From Felis catus (Eukaryota), in contig NC_058368.1 of assembly GCF_018350175.1 (NCBI RefSeq), forward strand, positions 119,476,001-119,540,000: DNA of 64,000 bases, given 5' to 3'. Position 1 is the first letter of the stretch. Every line of letters begins with the position of its first letter. Of this stretch, positions 13,070 to 26,581 are shown piece by piece. The notes under the pieces were generated by a model. That model did not search any database, was not told where the DNA came from, and saw only the letters and a list, made by a program, of their open reading frames with translations. Both the position numbers and the translations under genes were made by a program.

Positions 13070-13898
13070 TGATATCTATTTCAATGTGTATGTGTCTGTA
13101 TCAGGGTGGGGCGTAGGGAGAGGCTGTCACATCACCAAGCAATTCTCAGACACTAGCTGAGTATCATGCAATTCAATTTTGACACTGTCTACCTCAAGAA
13201 TAGCAACAGACCCCATGGGTTAAAAGCTAAATCCCACAAAACTATCCCCTTCTTCCTTCAGACACCAGTCACAGGTCCAAGTTATTACCTGTACTTCTAA
13301 CTGACTGGCTATAAATCAGATGTTCCCACAACTCCCTCCTTGGGCCTGATTAATTTTCTAGAACAGCTCACAGAACTTAGAGAAACATTTTAAATCACTA
13401 TATTAGCAGTGTATTATAAAAGAGTGTAACTCAGAAACAGCCGCAAGGAAGCGATATATAGGACAAGGTGTGGGGAAAGGGCATGGAGCTTCCATGCTGT
13501 CTTTGACATGCCACTGTCCCCAAATCTCCACATGCTCATCAACCCAGAAGCTCTTTGAACCCAGTCCTTTTCCTTTGGCAGAAAGCCCAAGGGAGGCTTC
13601 ATTACATAGGTGTGATTGCTTAAATCACTGGCCATTGGTGATTGGTTCAACCTCCAGCTCTTTTCTCCTTCCCAGAGTTCAGGGAAGTGGGAATTAAAGT
13701 TGTAACCTGATAATCATATGGCAGTTTCTCTTGGCAACCAGCCCCCATTCTTAGGTGTGGCCCCAAATTCATAATATTAATATAACAAAAGACACTTTTG
13801 TGGTGGTCATCACAGGAAATCCCAAGCTTTAGGAGCCCTGTGCCAGAAATGGGGATGAAAATAAATACACATTTCTTACTATACATCACAATATCACA
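13070..13898 (-). mobile_element. MER21-family solo LTR
   Basis: Reverse complement begins TGTGATATTGTG…ctggcacagggctcctaaagcttggg as in MER21B; internal caccaagcaattctc and ctagaacagctcacagaact; possible ACTG target-site duplication. Confidence 0.8.
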
Positions 13899-14730
13899 AC
13901 TGCCTCTCCCTTTATTGCTTTCATCATCCCTTTCCGGATACGCTTTAATAAAAAGAATGTTCATTCCAGAGGTTAGTGAGGCTGACACCGATTCCACATT
14001 CCTCTTGATTAATATACCCTTCCTAATACGGAAAATATTATTTCTCCCATTGTACTTCCTATTGTCTCCATTGGTCATGGTAAGACATGGGGGAAATACA
14101 AAGCAGTACCACTTGATAAAAGGTTCAGATAACCTATTCTAAATTATTCTGCTTGATTCTGCCACTGAAGGAAAAATAAAAGTAATGTGCAAAAGCTAAA
14201 ATAATCCTGGCTAGGATGTAATCAACACTTAGCCTGTGTCTGACATACTTGTAAGTGCTTTACATGCATTGTTTTGTTTAATCCTTTCATCTACCACATA
14301 AAATAGGCAGTATTAGAACAGGAATAGAACTCAGGAATATCCAAGGGAAAAATGACCCACCTGATATTACAATAAACACTTTGGAATGGCTTGACCTTGC
14401 TTAGTACTAACGATACATAAGTACTATGCAGGACAGAAGAGTCAAGAAGACTCTTTCATAATTCTTATGAAAATGATAAAAGCAAGCTTCATATTTTCCA
14501 GAATCTTCTCATTGTGGGAGGGTAGAGTTTTTGGCAATTTTTATGACCTCATGAAGTGTTGAAGACCTGAGTAATCAATATATCCAATTGGAAGCCTACT
14601 GCCTTATCTCATCATGTAATATGTCCATAATTTTCTATTTCTCTTTCCATAAATAAGAGTTTACATCCTTTAAGTGTTTTTTCTGACATGTGTTCCTCAA
14701 TCACATTGCCATCTTGTAACAAGCACATAC

Positions 14731-14786
14731 TTTCTTTTTTTCACTTTAGAGAGAGAGAGTGAATGCATAAGCAGGGGAGAAGGGCA

Positions 14787-14836
<50 letters not shown>

Positions 14837-14962
14837 CTTAAGCAGGCTCCACACTCAGCATGGAGACTGATGGGGGGTTCAATCCCCCCACGACCCTGGG
14901 ATCATGACTTGAGCCAAAATCAAGAGTTGGATGCTCAACCAACTGAGCCCCCCAGGCACCCC
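14731..14962 (-). mobile_element. CanSINE with internal (CA)n, inserted near MIR fragments
   Basis: ends aactgagccccccaggcacccc; (CA)n at about 14792-14833. Confidence 0.9.
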
Positions 14963-17900
14963 ACAACCATATAATTTCAATTCCCAGTCTTCTATGAGAA
15001 AATAGAGATTGATAATGCATAAAAACTTGCTCAAGATCATATAAGTACTAAGTAGTAGAGTCAGGTTTAACTCAGGTCTACATCATTCCATAGAACAAGC
15101 TCTGAACCTCTACATCATACTTCTCCTCTAAAATGGTCAGCAAGGTCAGTGAACTGCATATGTACATGCAGATCTTTTGGAATTCTATAGTTTGTCAGTT
15201 ACCAAATGAACAGAAGAGTAACGTGGAACCATTTTCACCTTCAAGACACAGTGATTTCTCAATGTTCTTTTCTGCTCAAAGTACCAGCCATATATGTCAC
15301 ATAGAGATGAACATGAGGAAGGAACTCACGAATAAGGAAACTCTATATGTTATTGTTGGGGAAATAAGACATAGGAATTGTTACATCTGAGAGCTGAGAT
15401 TCCTTAAGTCTTTAAACTTAGATTTGAGGCAGAGTGAGATGGGAATTTCCTCCTTACAAAAGGAAGAACATACACAGAGGCAGGAAGACTATACATGTAG
15501 TCAAAGAAGAAAAATGGTCCCATATTTATAGGTTATCCTCAAAGAAGCAGACACTTGGGTAGGCTAATTAACCCCTTCTTCAAGTGACAGCATTGATACG
15601 ATTGATAAAAGTTGAATCACACAGCCTATAGGGCAGAGAGTTAGACTGGGACCATATATCACAGGACCATGAACACAAGGCTGAGGAGTATGAACTTTAT
15701 CAGCCAGGTGACAGGCATTGCTAAGGTACAAAGCATCTGAGTGATGTGATCAGTATTGCCCTATAATAGCAACATATAGAATGGATCTGGGTTGGGAGAC
15801 ACAAAGTGATCAGGAAGACCAACAAGAGGCTGTTGCCATAGATAGATATGGGGCTATATGCTGTTGGGATAAAAATTTGCGTAGCAGGTAGTTAGAAAAT
15901 GTCTGTTGAGGGATGGAAGCATCTTTATGCCATAAATATAAATGTCCCAGTGAATATATTTTGGGAAGATTACCTGATATTCTACAAAGTAGATTATAAT
16001 GGTATATAATTTGAAAGTTACAAAATTGCAACCTTTTTCTATGTCAGACATAGAGCAGAGTCCAGTTTCTTTCCCTCTACTTTAGGATTATATTGAACAC
16101 ATCTCTTATTCTCTAGGTTGTCACTGTAAAATCTTACTCTATGGGGCTCAGCGTTTCCTCTAAGGTTTAACACCCTTGTTGTAAATTAGTGTCAAATGTC
16201 TCCATGCTGTTTACTCTAATTGGAGTTTGTCTCCAACATGAATCAATATTCAGAATGTCCCTTGTACTACTTGCACTGGAAACTGAAATCAACATGTTGC
16301 TGGACATAATTTTTATTTTTATTTAAGTGAAATGTGATAGAAAATTCACAGGATAGGAAGGCTTATGAACTGAAATTTAACCTATAATTGAGGTTCTCTT
16401 TATGTCAAATTATTTAAGAACACTGAGTATTTTTTTCTCTGAAAAAAAGAGAATGAAAAGAAAGATAAAGAAAAAAATCATATTTATCAGAAAAGGAAGA
16501 GACGAAAAATGTGAACAAAGACTGATGCTTTTAGAACTCTCAGATTTATTATTTCCCATTATTGGCTTTGTATGGGCTAATTTCAAACCACTATCTTCCT
16601 GCCTATAGTATGAAGACAGTGCATTTGTAACATAGCAACGTATTGCTAGAAATAGACCTCCCACTATAGGGAAAGACCTAATATGCCCTTATTGCAGCTC
16701 ATTTTTTCAGTGGCTCTGATGAGAATACAAAGATTGACTGCTTTGGAAACAGAATTCTGGATCCATGGTCATGGTAAATAAACTTGCAAGCTTAAGAATT
16801 TTTAGTGAGAATATAAGGGGGGAATAACATGTGGAACATTTATTGAGGGACTTTATATAGGAGAAAACTCAAATTTGTTCTGCCTTAAGAAGAATTTCTT
16901 TCCAAGCAGGATATTTTATTTTGCATTAATTCTGGCATTCAAAGTTATGTTTACCTTATTGACAAATGAGATCAAACCACTGGATATGCACATATTGTTC
17001 CCAAATGGTTCAATTTGGGGCAACAATTTAGAGAATATTTAGCTTTCATTTGAAACAGACCCAGTTCCATGGAGCAGTTAAGATAAACTCATATTTTAAT
17101 GTCTTTCTTTACCCCTTAGGATTGTATGGATGCACTGTAATACAGTCCCTTTTCTGATTCTAAGCCTACTGAACAATGGTTATATGGCTAACTATTTGAA
17201 TTATTTGAGAAGCCTGGGCCAGAGCCTGGGAGTCATCTCTCACTCGGCAGCCCTAACATGCACTTGGTCACTAAGACTTACCTGACTTTTATGGCAGACA
17301 ATGCCATCTGCCCAACTGCTATTTCGGGCCTTCTTTCTTATGAGCAAATTCCAACTTGGTTCAAGTCATAAGTGACCATGTGCTTTAGGAGAGACTGGGT
17401 GAAGAGAGGCTTAGAGATTAGTCTAAGCCAGTAACACCTTTTCCACTCCCCTTGCAAGTCACTGGTTCAGGAATGGGTGTGATTGAATCATGGCCGACTG
17501 AATGAGGAGACATCTGTTAATAAGAAATACATGGAATTAAATAGTTCCTTCTCCTCACTCCCACCAGATTATTCTAACATGTAGCAATCTATGTCTGTTC
17601 CCTAAATTCCAAACTTGACAACTGTGCCAGGGCCCCAACCTCTTGTCCTAATGGTCCTCTGAATTCACTGTGCTATTAATGGAACATACCCATCACACCC
17701 TTATGCCTGGGTTTTTTTTCCCTTGGTTAAAATGGCCTTCCCTGTCATTTATTCATCCTGGTAAATGACCATTTATCCTGACCTATGACCATTCCATCCC
17801 TATTAGTTACTCATTGCATCTTTCATGCTACATTATACACCGTGTACCCACTATTGTAATCACAATAGCGTTATAATAGCCATTGATGTACCTCTCTTCT

Positions 17901-18009
17901 CCCATTGTCCATGTCCTCCTTGGGAAGAGATATTAAGTTTATCATTGCAACCCTAGCACCTAGTATAGATCTTGGCCAGATATTCCATATATAAACATTG
18001 AATGAAAAA

Positions 18010-18172
18010 ATAAAGAAGGAAAGAAAAGAAAGAAGGAAGGAAAGGAGGAAGGCAGGAAGGAAGAAAGGAAAGAAGGAAGAGAGAGAGGGAGGGAATAAGG
18101 AAGGAAGGAAGGAAGGAAGGAAGGAAGGAAGGAAGGAAGGAAGGAAGGAAGGAAAGAGGGAAGGAAGGGAGA
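18010..18172. repeat. (GGAA)n / purine-rich microsatellite
   Basis: direct reading; follows an L2 3' tail. Confidence 0.95.
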
Positions 18173-18289
18173 TGATGCATGTATGAAAGTTTCCATAAAG
18201 TAAAGCTTTGAGTACCTGAATGTACTATAAATGTTGTTTCCCATGACTGTAGAATAATAACAGAGAACTAGTAGCACTACAACTTCAAT

Positions 18290-18480
18290 AGCTAACACTT
18301 ATTAAACATTTCACAAGAACAATGCTAAACATTTTATATGATTTATTTCACTTAAATTGTATGAAAACAGAGTGAAGAAGATACTATTACTATTATTCTC
18401 ATATTATAAATACATTCGTATTTCAAGGTAAGTGATGGCAGAGGCAGGATTCAAACCCAGGTCTGATCCCAGAACTGTAA
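18290..18480 (-). mobile_element. MIR SINE
   Basis: gctaacacttattaaac…gtaagtgatggcagaggcaggattcaaacccaggtctga. Confidence 0.75.
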
Positions 18481-21400
18481 CCAACTAGTTGTAAACATGC
18501 CATTCTCCTACTGTTGTTGTTCATAGAAACAGAGAAAAAATCTGAGCCTGGGGCCTTTGTCTGGTGGTCTATCACTGACTGTCCTTCACAAAATTCACAT
18601 TAGAGAGAATTGGGATTTTTGAAGGACCAGGTACTATAAAGTGGTTTTCTATATCAGTAATGTCTTCTGGCTCTCAATATGAAATACCCTTTCTAATATA
18701 GCTCACCAGAGTCAGCTGAGTTAATAACTCCACAAGCCACTTACACGTATGCTGTCCAGCACTGAGGTAATTATTAATACAGGTACAGGTGATTCTAAGA
18801 CTGAACAAGATGAGTGGCATGCTGGATTGGCCAACCACTATTGGCTGCTATAGCTTTCCCTAAAAATGAGCCCAGCAGGTCTGAAAGACTCCCCCAGAAA
18901 GACACACTGGAAAAAATTCAACCTCTTTAGACAAGGTTGGGCCGTATCTCCTGTATTCTTCTCCAATGTAGGATTCTACTGGGCCTTCTACTAGAACCTA
19001 ACCCCGTCCTGGCTCAGAGATGAAGGTGCTGGTGATCCTATAATAAATGCAGAGTCCTTTTCTGAGACTCTAGGGACTATTAATTTATCAGTTCTGAGGC
19101 GAGTCACTGTTCACTACTACATGCAGGTACTGTGCAAATGTTGCATAGCACTAATACAGACATGGTCCCTACCCCAGAAAGCTGCAGTCCAGAATACATG
19201 TGTATCTTTACAAAGGTGGAGAAAGTGTCATTTAAAAGTTGCCATCAGTTCTCACTCATTAGACATGAAAATATATATGGAACTCACTTTGCTTTGGGGA
19301 AGCACAATGGGTACTTAACCCAATGCAATGTCATGGTTCTTATGAAAACTTGTAAGGTCATTACTGGCCTAAATCAAGATGCTTCAGACTGAGATAATGA
19401 CTCATCTGTTTACTGAGATAAACTGTCTCTTATAGAAATGTGCACTCACAGGGTTAATAAAATGTGTAAATTTTTCATAAGTATAGATTTCAATTAGCCT
19501 GTTCCTGGTAATTATTATTCATTCTCAAGAAGAGGAAGGGCTAAAAAGTTAACTAGAAAAGAAGAAAAAATGTAGTGAGGACTTTATGAGAGGGGCATTT
19601 ATAATTCTATGGGCATTTAGAGGGACAAATAGCTTCTAGCTAATGGGATCAACTGTAGAATACTCCATAGGGAAGCTGACATTTGGGCAAGAGGAGGTTT
19701 TTGACAGAGAAAATGATGGGAGTAAAAGTATGGCTATAATGTAGGCATGAATGTTTAGGTAATTTTATAAAAGGTCTGGTTTGGACTGAGTGATAGAACC
19801 CTGAAAAGGAGGTGAGAAAAGTTATTTTAGGGTATATTTGGTCATTCATCATTCACCATACCTATAAACCCTGCTCATTCCACACATGAGTAGTAGAAGT
19901 GAAAATAGCTGACATGATCAGGTACTCAGGTTTTTATTTAGCACCATCTGTCTCCTTTCTGGATGGGCATTCTGCACAATTCACTCAAAGTTTATGATTT
20001 TATAATACTCTCACTGTTTATGAATTTCTTCCAAACTCCAGCTGTTCAAAGCCTCTCTAATCTTGAAAATTTTTATCTTCACTCTTCAAATGTATATGAG
20101 TTAAAACACATACTTTATGTTTCTCTCAGTGGAAATTTGAATACACTGGGACTGAGAGGGTTCTGACAAGCAGGTGAGTCAAGAATCTTTTTAGGCGTTT
20201 CTTGAGTAATATCATCTTTCAAAAAACCAAACAACAACAGAAAAAAAAAAAAAACACATTCAACTCCACTGCTCTCTACAAACGATTTTCCACTACCTAC
20301 CTTATTTTTGCTGAAAGCATCAATGTTTCTCCCCTTGAAGTGAGTATTTTTTCCTTTCAGGCCACTCAGCCACTCCTCCCTATTCCTCACAATGCTCTAG
20401 TCTCTATTGCGGTATTTAACTATTCTCCACCGGGCACTGTTCTGGTTAAACGGTATATCTACAGGCCTGCCACTGACAGAAGATGCTCCCAAGAGGCCTT
20501 GGAAGCCCTCTCTCATGGACTATTCTGCTCATTACTCTGGCTCAGGCCAAAGACAGACAGCTGACCAGAAACCAGACAATCAGATGCTCCCTCCCCAAAC
20601 TGCAGGTGCTGGCCTCCCGGCCAGACTATTATTCCCTGCGAGAAAATGACTACTGTACTTCCTGTTTCCTTCCCATTTCCAAGTGTAAGTCTCCAACTCC
20701 TATCAATAACTTCCTTTATAATCTGTTTCTCAAGCATATGTAAAGTATTTGCACTTGTTCTTCCTTCTATCTGAAATTCTTGCTGCCCAATGTTTGGGAA
20801 TGCAGGGATTTAAAAGAAAAGTTTTTTTTTTACTTTGCCAGGTAATTATCAATGATTATTCAAAGGAGTTAAGTTACTAGAAGCACCCAAAGAATTCCAA
20901 AAGTGATAATACAGTGTGATTCAAAATAATGAATTATAACACTGCACTTTCTTAAAACATGGAATATCATATACATAATTCTTTAGATTTGATTTCTCGG
21001 ATCCAAACTCGTTATCTCTGTCCACATGAAATGTAATGTGTTCAAAACCTAAATTATTTTCTTGTCATATTTCACACTTTTTTTTTTAACTTACTCAAGT
21101 TTCCACTCAACTGAACAACACACATAATACATTTGGGCTTTCCTGTTCCTATGCCAAATATCTTTATCTGCTGTCTGCTTCAACTCAAATATCTTTGTCT
21201 CCCTCTTCCCCCACCCCTTTTCTACATAAAAATTTCTAGATTAAAAAACACTTTTTCCACAAACCTTCCATGACCAACTACTCAGAGCCATTTTCTTTCC
21301 GAGTTTCCAATGTACTTTGCATGTACTATTCCTACAGGACTTACTATTAGGTATTTTATGCCCCCTACCAGTCTGTGAGCTTCCCACTAAGGGAGGAGAG

Positions 21401-22242
21401 AAGGGGATATTTGTTTTACATAACTGAAATGCCTGACATCCAAATATTTATGGAGTAATGCAGGGCATTAGTCTAAGTGTTTCACAAAAGTGAATCAACT
21501 AATGTTAGCTATTGTTATAACACACATGTGAAATGAAGAGTGTCTGGGTAGATAATATCTAATATTTTTGTTTTTCTTTAAAAAATCGAGAAGTCACAGT
21601 CCAGCAGTATAGAAATATACATATAACAAACTAAGCAAGAGAAATATTGAGAGAAAATAAATATTAAGGATGGAGGAAACTTATATGAGATAATTAATTC
21701 TCTAGAGGAGAAGGAAGTTGGGGTAGGCTTCAAGCAGGAAGCCCAGGGGTTCATATATAATAATTGAGTATATATTTGTGGAGAAAAAGTATATGCATGG
21801 ACACATCTACCAAAATGTCTTATGTTAAGTTTTGTGTTGGAGGAGAGAACAGTGCTTGAATGACGCACACTCAAAAACAACTCTCCCCAAGTTGATATTT
21901 TTATTTTGAAGTGCACTATAGGATTCACTCTCCTGTTATTTCCAGCATAGACTTCTCTCAAAAGAAGTTTAATATCTGAGGAATAAACTGAAGAAGGGAA
22001 GCCATCCTGTAGCTAAAATCTACCAAGTAAGATGCATTTAGTGAGTTATGAGGAATTGGTTACAGTTAGTTATAAAGAGAAAGAAAGAATATAGAAAATA
22101 AGGCTAGCAAGGACTCTCAGAGGATTGGTACTAGAAAGTGGAATGATAAGGACCATCTCTTCAACTCCATACCTCCTTGCTTTGCACTTACAGATAGGGC
22201 TGAAGAAGTATGCGTTCTTTTGAGAACACAGCTGTCAATCAG

Positions 22243-22314
22243 GAAAGCAGGTGGGTTCAAAGGAGTAACTCTTAAAGATTGAAAGCAGGTGGGTTCAAAG
22301 GAGTAACTCTTAAA
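22243..22314. repeat. 34-bp perfect direct duplication with 4-nt spacer
   Basis: gaaagcaggtgggttcaaaggagtaactcttaaa at 22243-22276 and 22281-22314. Confidence 0.95.
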
Positions 22315-22570
22315 TCTGAAACGCCAAACTCACTTATTTCGTAATCACAGGTGGATCCACACTTATGGGGAGTCTACCATGTTTCTTTCCAATTGATCAA
22401 TACTGACACCTGCTGGTTCAGGAAGGGAGACACTTGCTTGTCTAATGTGATCCTATCTGAATTAACTGTGCTAAATTGTGGATATAGCCACCAAGCCTAA
22501 ATATCAAAATGAAACAACTTCTAGACCAAGATGACTATTATGTGGAAATTCTTAACATGATGACAAAAAT

Positions 22571-22780
22571 GGGGCACCTGGGTGGCTCAGTCGGTTAGGA
22601 GTCCGACTTCAGCTCAGATCATGATCCCACAGTTTGTGGGTTTGAGCCCCTTGTCGGCTCTGTGCTGACAGCTCAGAGCCTGAAGCCTGCTTCAGATTCT
22701 GTGTCTCCCCCTCTCTCTGCCCCTCCCCTGCTCTCACTCTATCTCTAAAATTTAAATAAATGTTAAAAATTTTTTTAAAG
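22571..22780 (+). mobile_element. CanSINE (SINEC_Fc-type) with TSD
   Basis: canonical head and body; TSD ATGATGACAAAAAT at 22557-22570 and 22781-22794. Confidence 0.97.
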
Positions 22781-23689
22781 ATGATGACAAAAATGGATCA
22801 GTATTGGAATGCAGACTTGGTGGTCATATAGAAACATGGCCCCAGCTGTGCATATTCCTAGGGGAAAAGGCAAAGACATCGTCCTCTACCTGGTCTGCCC
22901 CACTGCATTGGCAGTGAATGTCCTAGATTAGGACATCACTTTCCAATCCTTGTTTCTGCTTTTAATCTCATTTTGCTCCAATCCATCCTACCAAAGCAAC
23001 TAGTCTCATTTGTTACATCACACTCATGCTCCAAGCCTGAATGTAATTTATGAGATGAAAGGGAGCCATACAGTACACAGTCTCACTGTAACATCCACTT
23101 GGATCCATGGGCAGGACCCAAGCTCAGGAGATGCTCCAATAGGCAGATGTATGTGCCAAGGGTCTGAGCTGACACATTCACAGTATAGTGCTTGTGGAGT
23201 AGCCTGGCAGATCTGGAGAGCAGGAATCTCTCTCAGGCCCTCCAGCCCCTGTTCCTGCCCTCCTCTTAGCTTTCATTGCTGCTTCCAGTGCCTCCCAGTC
23301 TTCCTGTTCTCCTGGCTAAGCAGGTTCCCTTCGCTCCCACAGCTCTGCCTCCTTGGGCCATTATTCTTGAGGAGGAGAAGTTCATCCTCTGAAATTATTC
23401 TTCCTGACTCCCTCCAGTTTCCCTTCCACTTGTTACCTGCTCTTAGTTATTCATCCTGGAAAAAAATATCAAAGTTAAGATAAATTAGGTAAATTTGTAT
23501 TGTTAATGAGAACACATGGGAAGAACATATACTTAACGCAAAGAAATGTATCTTTAATGCCCTAATTACTATTGTGCCAAGGGGCAAGAGATATTTGGGG
23601 TGGTGGGAAGGGGAGTGTAAACATCCCAGATGCAATGGAAATAAATACCTGTAAATAATTACAAGTCATTACAAAATTCATTGGATACT

Positions 23690-23910
23690 CACATGTATGA
23701 GACATAATGCTATGCATTTGACTTCTCTTACCTTTCACAACAATACTAATAGGTAGGAATCATTATGCCTAGTTTATAGATAAGTATACAAATGTTCAGA
23801 AAATATAAGTAACTTGTACAAGCTAACACAGCAAATATGTGGTAACTCTTGCATTCTAATCAGGGTCTTCTTGATTCAGAATCCATCCATTTAACAATTA
23901 TGCTTTGTTG
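23690..23910 (-). mobile_element. MIR SINE
   Basis: ttcacaacaatactaataggtagg…aagtaacttgtacaagctaacacagc. Confidence 0.7.
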
Positions 23911-25051
23911 CACTTTTCCTTAAAGGTTGGCCCAGATCACCAATGACATCCCACTGCTGAGACTAGGGGAACAAAGGTTGGGCTCCACAAGCAACTGTTC
24001 AAACAGAAAATTTTACAAAAGGGCCGTATAAACTGTGAAATACCTGCTATTTATTGTTATAGGAGGGAGAACATAGTACTAACGTTTTATCTTTTCTCAA
24101 ATTCTATAGACAACTGAAGCAAAAGGGAGATTCAGCATGAGAGGAAGCTGAGAAAAGATCATCTCAACAAACACAATTTCTACTTTTGTGGAAGCATGCT
24201 CACAGGAACATAGAACAGCCAGCCTGGGTCTGGGTTACTGAGATACCTGTCCTACTGTTCCACTGGCGATTAACCTCATTTATTGGGCAGTTGGTGTTAC
24301 CGGCATGGTATTAGGTTCTGCAGATGTATAACACCATAGTCTTGTGTAAAACAGCAGCCAAAACATTGACTAGAGGGTATGCTTATCTGTTCCAGATATC
24401 AAAATGATATAAAAAATGTATACAGAGAACCCCATTCATATACCATCCCCATTCTCCCTGTTCTCTCTTGGTTGTGCAAATAACCGTTTCATTAATAGTT
24501 TTTTGTTACCTTCCAGTGCTGCTTCATACAAGTATAAGCAAATAGAAGTATATATCCTTATTTTCCCACTTGTATCACACAAAAGATACCATGTACATTG
24601 TTCATCAGAATAATCTTTTCATTTAAACAGATCCTAGATCTCTCTCTCTCTCTCTCTCTTAGAATTAAAAATTCTTTTTAACATATCTGGACAATGTACC
24701 AAAGATAACAAAAGACTAGCACTTCTTTCTGAGTGTTAGGAGTGGTAATATAAACATGAAAGAATTTCAGAGACGACAGAGATCACAGCTTAGAAGGGCA
24801 TAAATAAAATACCCTGGGGGACTTGAGGAAAGAGGTAACTAAGCTATCGCACCGCATTTTTAATCCACAGGCTGGTGGATTTCTTGCTAATATCAATGAA
24901 ACTCTTTTAACATTTTCTCAGTTAGCTTCCTCCAGTCTCCATTTAGATTCATGCCAAGAAGCAAACACTGTGTTAATTGGTGCATTTTCCTGTAGAAACT
25001 AATTATAGCCCCATGCTGTCAAAACAGGGCAAATTGTTAATGATACTTTAC

Positions 25052-25124
25052 CTGACAAAATAGAAATAAAACTGTTTTGCCGTGAAGGAGGATGCTGGGA
25101 TTCTGCCACAAAAGCCTTTTTCAT
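25052..25124 (-). other. Candidate exon end or alternative coding first exon (MKKAFVAESQHPPSRQNSFISILS, phase 1)
   Basis: minus strand gtgATGAAAAAGG…TTGTCAG|gtaaag in unique sequence; no homology recognised. Confidence 0.2.
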
Positions 25125-25577
25125 CACAATTATAACAATGAAGAGAACTGCTGGTGAGGACCCATCCTGGGTCCATCACGCTCAAATGGCTCTCTGGAGT
25201 TGGGGGACATGGGAACGTAGGGGGGGGGGAGCATCTTCTCTTGGCTTGGGCTTCAGCATTCCAGATGAGAGTACTGAAAATGACAGTTCCTATAGCATGT
25301 GGACAACTTGGGACCTTGACTGTTTTCACAGATGCATACACCGCCGCACCATAAGCTATTTGAAAGCATTCGTTCATGTGTTTAAAAAATATTCACTGAG
25401 TGTTGACAATGTGCCAGGCACTGTTGTAGAAGCTGGGAACACAGCGGGGGATAAAATAGGGGGAAAAAAAGAAAAAAAATAGAAGAAATAAAAGCAGAGT
25501 AAACAAAACAAAAGAAACCCTGTCCTGACGCAGCTTACACTCTATTACACAAAATAGGTAATAAATAAGATATATAA

Positions 25578-25581
<4 letters not shown>

Positions 25582-25628
<47 letters not shown>
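25582..25628. repeat. (TG)n(GA)n microsatellite
   Basis: direct reading. Confidence 0.95.
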
Positions 25629-26303
25629 TGGCAGTAAGTTCCAAAGAGAAATGGAAAGTAGAGGAGTACAGAGGTACAATTTAAAATAGGGGGTTGGAGC
25701 AGGACTCACAGACAAGGTGACATTAGGGCAAAGATTGGAAGAAAGTAAGAGGTTAAACTCTTGTAGGCTTCTAGAAAAGGAGAAAATATAGCAGGACCAA
25801 AGATGACATTTATCCAGGAAGGTTTATAAGGCCAAATATGTTGCTAAAATCCTGAAATATATCTGTATTGTTTGGTATAATCATCACCCAAGGCAGCAGA
25901 AAACTAAGGGATGGACTCCTCACACAGCAGAGGGCCCCAGGACCTCAGCTCCAGCCCTCAGGCCCGTATTCATTCTACTGTTTTATGCCTGAGCATAGTG
26001 CTTAAATATTAGAGTATCACTTCAGGACCAAAGGAAAAGCAAGTGCAAATGACCTGAAGCAGAGCAGTGGGGTGTTTGAAACAAGGAGGCAGGAAGCCAG
26101 GTGACTGGAACAGAGTGAATGAGGGAGAGGAGAGGGAGCTACCTGGAGGAAATGGCAGATGCTGTAGAATCTCCAAGACCACTGCAAGAACTGGGTTTTG
26201 CTCTAAGAAGTAATTGGAGGGTTTGAAAAGGGACATGATCTCAGTTTTTGGAAAGGATCATCTGTCTACTGTGTTGAGAATGCACTTAAGAATTCAGGTG
26301 GAA

Positions 26304-26472
26304 GGGCACCTGGGTGGCTCAGTCGCTTGAGCATCTGATTCTTGATTTCAGCTCAGGTCATGATCTCATGGTCATGGGATCAAGCCTTGTGTGGGTCTGC
26401 ACTGGGCTTGGGAGCCTGCTTGGGATTCTCTCTCTCCCTCTGTCCTTGCTTCACATGTGTGTGCTCTCTCAA

Positions 26473-26514
<42 letters not shown>
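26304..26514 (+). mobile_element. CanSINE with (AAT)n tail
   Basis: gggcacctgggtggctcagtc…; tail converted to (AAT)n. Confidence 0.95.
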
Positions 26515-26516
<2 letters not shown>

Positions 26517-26581
26517 AGATGGAAACAGAGAGTCTAGTGAGGGAAGCTATTGCACTCATACAAGCACAGCATGAGAGTGGC

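Noticed and set aside
13414..14142. Cluster of overlapping ORFs of 75-143 aa
   Set aside because: Mostly within the MER21 LTR; no recognisable protein or exon structure.
23010..23483. 157-aa plus-strand ORF
   Set aside because: Non-ATG start, no recognisable domain or flanking splice signals; probably overlaps old repeat-derived sequence.
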